Shown piece after piece: positions 61,909 to 64,000 of a stretch of 64,000 bases of DNA. The position numbers and the translations under genes are program-made. A model generated the notes under the pieces. That model did not search any database. It was given only the letters and a program-made list of their open reading frames with translations, and was not told the origin of the DNA. The DNA is from an uncultured Spirochaetota bacterium (GTDB taxonomy: Bacteria > Spirochaetota > Brevinematia > Brevinematales > JAOACQ01), in NCBI GenBank assembly GCA_963835575.1, contig CAWIGG010000002.1, forward strand, positions 1,504,001-1,568,000, in the 5' to 3' direction. Each line of letters starts with the position of its first letter. Position 1 is the stretch's first letter.

Positions 61909-62904
61909 GTGTATAATATTAATTCTTTCTATTCAGGCAATAAAGAAGAAGGTTCAGTGCTCATAACGGCTGAAATCGGGATAAATCATCAAGGAAATCC
62001 CGATTTTGCCAGACGTCTTATCGAAGCGGCCAAAAAAAGCGGCGCGGATGCCGTTAAATTTCAGATCTACAAAACAGAAAATTTTTATAACAGATCCCTT
62101 GCCCCTGATGCATTCGAACTCTTTAAAAGCTTTGAAATGAGCTATGATGATTTTTATAAATTAAATGAGTTCAGCCGGTCGCTTGATATCCTGTTTTACG
62201 CCACGCCTCTCGATCCCGATTCTCTTGATTTTCTTGAGAGCATCCAGTCCCCGATCATTAAAGTGGCCAGCTCTGATATAACAAACGAACCTTTTCTCTT
62301 CAGCATTTCCCAAAAAGCTAAAGCAAGGAAATTCCTGACTATTCTATCCACAGGTTTTGTCGGCTTGAATAAAATTAAAAAAGCTGTCCGGTTCTTCCGG
62401 TCACCTCTGGCCCTGTTGTACTGTGTTTCAAAATACCCGGCCTTTCCTGAGGATATGGATTTAAATTTCATCAAAGCATTAAAAAAAAGCTTTAATTTAC
62501 CCGTCGGTTTTTCCGATCATTCATCCGGCATTGTTCTTTCACTCGGAGCCGCGGCGCTGGAAGCAAAACTCATTGAACGCCATTTTACGACGGATAATTC
62601 CTTAAAAGGAGCGGACCATTCCATTTCGCTTAATCCGGAGGTCTTTAGGGAAATGGTCCAAAGTATCAGAACTTTAGAAAAAACCCTTGGGTCTGGTATT
62701 AAAAAAATCACCCAGTTTGAAAAAGATATATCCTTCAATTCCATGCGGAGTATGTACGCGGCAAAGGAAATATCAAAAAATGAAAAAATCAAAAAGAGCG
62801 ATATATTACTTCTACGGCCCGGGAACGGCGTTTTATTAAATGATTATAATAAAACCATCAACATAAAAGCGAAGAGGCGCATTGGAATATATGAAAAAAT
62901 TTAG
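61909..62904 (+). CDS. N-acetylneuraminate synthase family (NeuB/PseI-like)
   Basis: AEIGINHQG, GADAVKFQ, KVASSD, GFSDH, IERHFT, C-terminal SAF domain RPGNG. Confidence 0.92.
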   Translation: MYNINSFYSGNKEEGSVLITAEIGINHQGNPDFARRLIEAAKKSGADAVKFQIYKTENFYNRSLAPDAFELFKSFEMSYDDFYKLNEFSRSLDILFYATPLDPDSLDFLESIQSPIIKVASSDITNEPFLFSISQKAKARKFLTILSTGFVGLNKIKKAVRFFRSPLALLYCVSKYPAFPEDMDLNFIKALKKSFNLPVGFSDHSSGIVLSLGAAALEAKLIERHFTTDNSLKGADHSISLNPEVFREMVQSIRTLEKTLGSGIKKITQFEKDISFNSMRSMYAAKEISKNEKIKKSDILLLRPGNGVLLNDYNKTINIKAKRRIGIYEKI

Positions 62905-63832
62905 CATTCCCATAAAAAATGCTAATGAAGATTTTATCTTAACTAATAATCTCTGGCTGACAATTAATGATAAAAAAAGCAACTATTCAATTATTAAAAA
63001 AGACAACATTTCCGAACTCTTTATCGGATTAACTCTCAACACCAATACTTCTATGGATATCACCTTACCGTCAGACAATCTGGAAAATCTATATACCAGA
63101 ATGTCTGACGGAATACCGCAGGCTTCTTTTTTATATATGAATTCAGATGAAAACCGCCTCCTCTGCAGCTCTCCTCTTGATGCTCATTTCCTTCTTTTTA
63201 AACACGAACAAAAATCCATAGTCAACTTAAATAAAGAAAACTCCCGGGTTAATAATGATGAAGACGATGTTCTTATCGTATTCAGCCGGGAAATATCACC
63301 GCATGATATGGAGAATATACAAAATTTAATCCAAAAGAAAAAGTGTTTAACTTATAATCTGATTAAAAACATTTCCTCTCTATTCGAAACTGCCAAACAT
63401 AATACTATTCCCCTTATTATAATAGAAAAATCACCGCATTCCGCTCATACATTTTCAATTAAATCTTCACTCAAGACTATTAACATGACAATCGACATGA
63501 TAAAAAACAAAGTGCTCCAATATCACTCTAAAAAAATATGGCAAATTGAAACTGTTCTTCATGAGGCCCTTGTTAACGCCATTACATATGGAAATGAACT
63601 GGATTCAAATAAATTGGTGCTCATGAGCTATGAAATCGGGACAAAAGGCCTCCGTATCATCATCAAGGACTGCGGGGACGGGTTTGATGTCAATAATATA
63701 TCTGTTCCAGTGGGCGTCGAAGCTTTAGAAAGAATTTCCGGCAGAGGGATTTATATCATGAAGAAATTCTCTGATGCCATTTTCTATAACCAGCAGGGAA
63801 ATGAATTGATACTTTTTTTCAGCTTTGTTTAA
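62882..63832 (+). CDS. Protein with a C-terminal RsbW-like HATPase domain
   Basis: LHEALVNAITYGN, DCGDGFD, GRGIYIMK. Confidence 0.75.
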   Translation: MEYMKKFSIPIKNANEDFILTNNLWLTINDKKSNYSIIKKDNISELFIGLTLNTNTSMDITLPSDNLENLYTRMSDGIPQASFLYMNSDENRLLCSSPLDAHFLLFKHEQKSIVNLNKENSRVNNDEDDVLIVFSREISPHDMENIQNLIQKKKCLTYNLIKNISSLFETAKHNTIPLIIIEKSPHSAHTFSIKSSLKTINMTIDMIKNKVLQYHSKKIWQIETVLHEALVNAITYGNELDSNKLVLMSYEIGTKGLRIIIKDCGDGFDVNNISVPVGVEALERISGRGIYIMKKFSDAIFYNQQGNELILFFSFV

Positions 63833-63952
63833 ATCTGAAAAAACTGAAAATCTCTCAAAAAATTTTTCGGTTTAGGATTGAGAATTCATATTATTCTTTG
63901 ATTATTTTATGACTTTATGTTAAAATCTTCATAATTCAATATGGAGGTGGTT

Positions 63953-64000
63953 ATGGCTGTTGTTATTGATCAGGAAACCTGTATCGGCTGCGGCGTTTGC
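63953..64000 (+). CDS. 4Fe-4S ferredoxin-like protein (5' part only)
   Basis: GGAGG RBS followed by MAVVIDQETCIGCGVC (CxxCxxC). Confidence 0.8.
   Translation, partial: MAVVIDQETCIGCGVC

Overview
This is an AT-rich bacterial chromosomal window, probably from a spirochaete. That assignment is inferred from a LIC_12708-like lipoprotein, an FlcA-like TPR protein, BatD and a stand-alone groL. The housekeeping backbone comprises a YmdB-like phosphoesterase, an RsbW/RsbV-like pair, ddl-ftsQ-ftsA-ftsZ, ruvC, coaBC, groL, an msrB-msrA fusion, lpdA, leuA, trpBA, comF, ftsW and a NeuB-like synthase. Six IS elements lie between 12.7 and 34.8 kb: three IS5-family, one IS256, one IS21 and one IS66, all with readable ends and target-site duplications (TSDs). 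Removing them in silico restores two disrupted genes in frame, a lipoprotein zinc peptidase and a membrane-anchored protein hit by two different IS. The most unusual signal is non-coding: a dispersed family of about nine modular palindromic elements with GGGCAGTTC...GAACTGCCC ends. They carry variable central hairpins, their ends resemble those of the local IS5 element, and three copies have 4-bp AT-rich TSDs. A second family of periodic inverted repeats sits downstream of genes. Other observations include a degenerate mini-flagellin-like gene next to the NeuB-like gene, a possible dual-start MsrBA, a phosphatase plus two YibE/F genes with a phosphoesterase remnant, and several gene fragments. 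No rRNA, tRNA or CRISPR array was seen. All family calls come from motif recognition by eye, not database searches.
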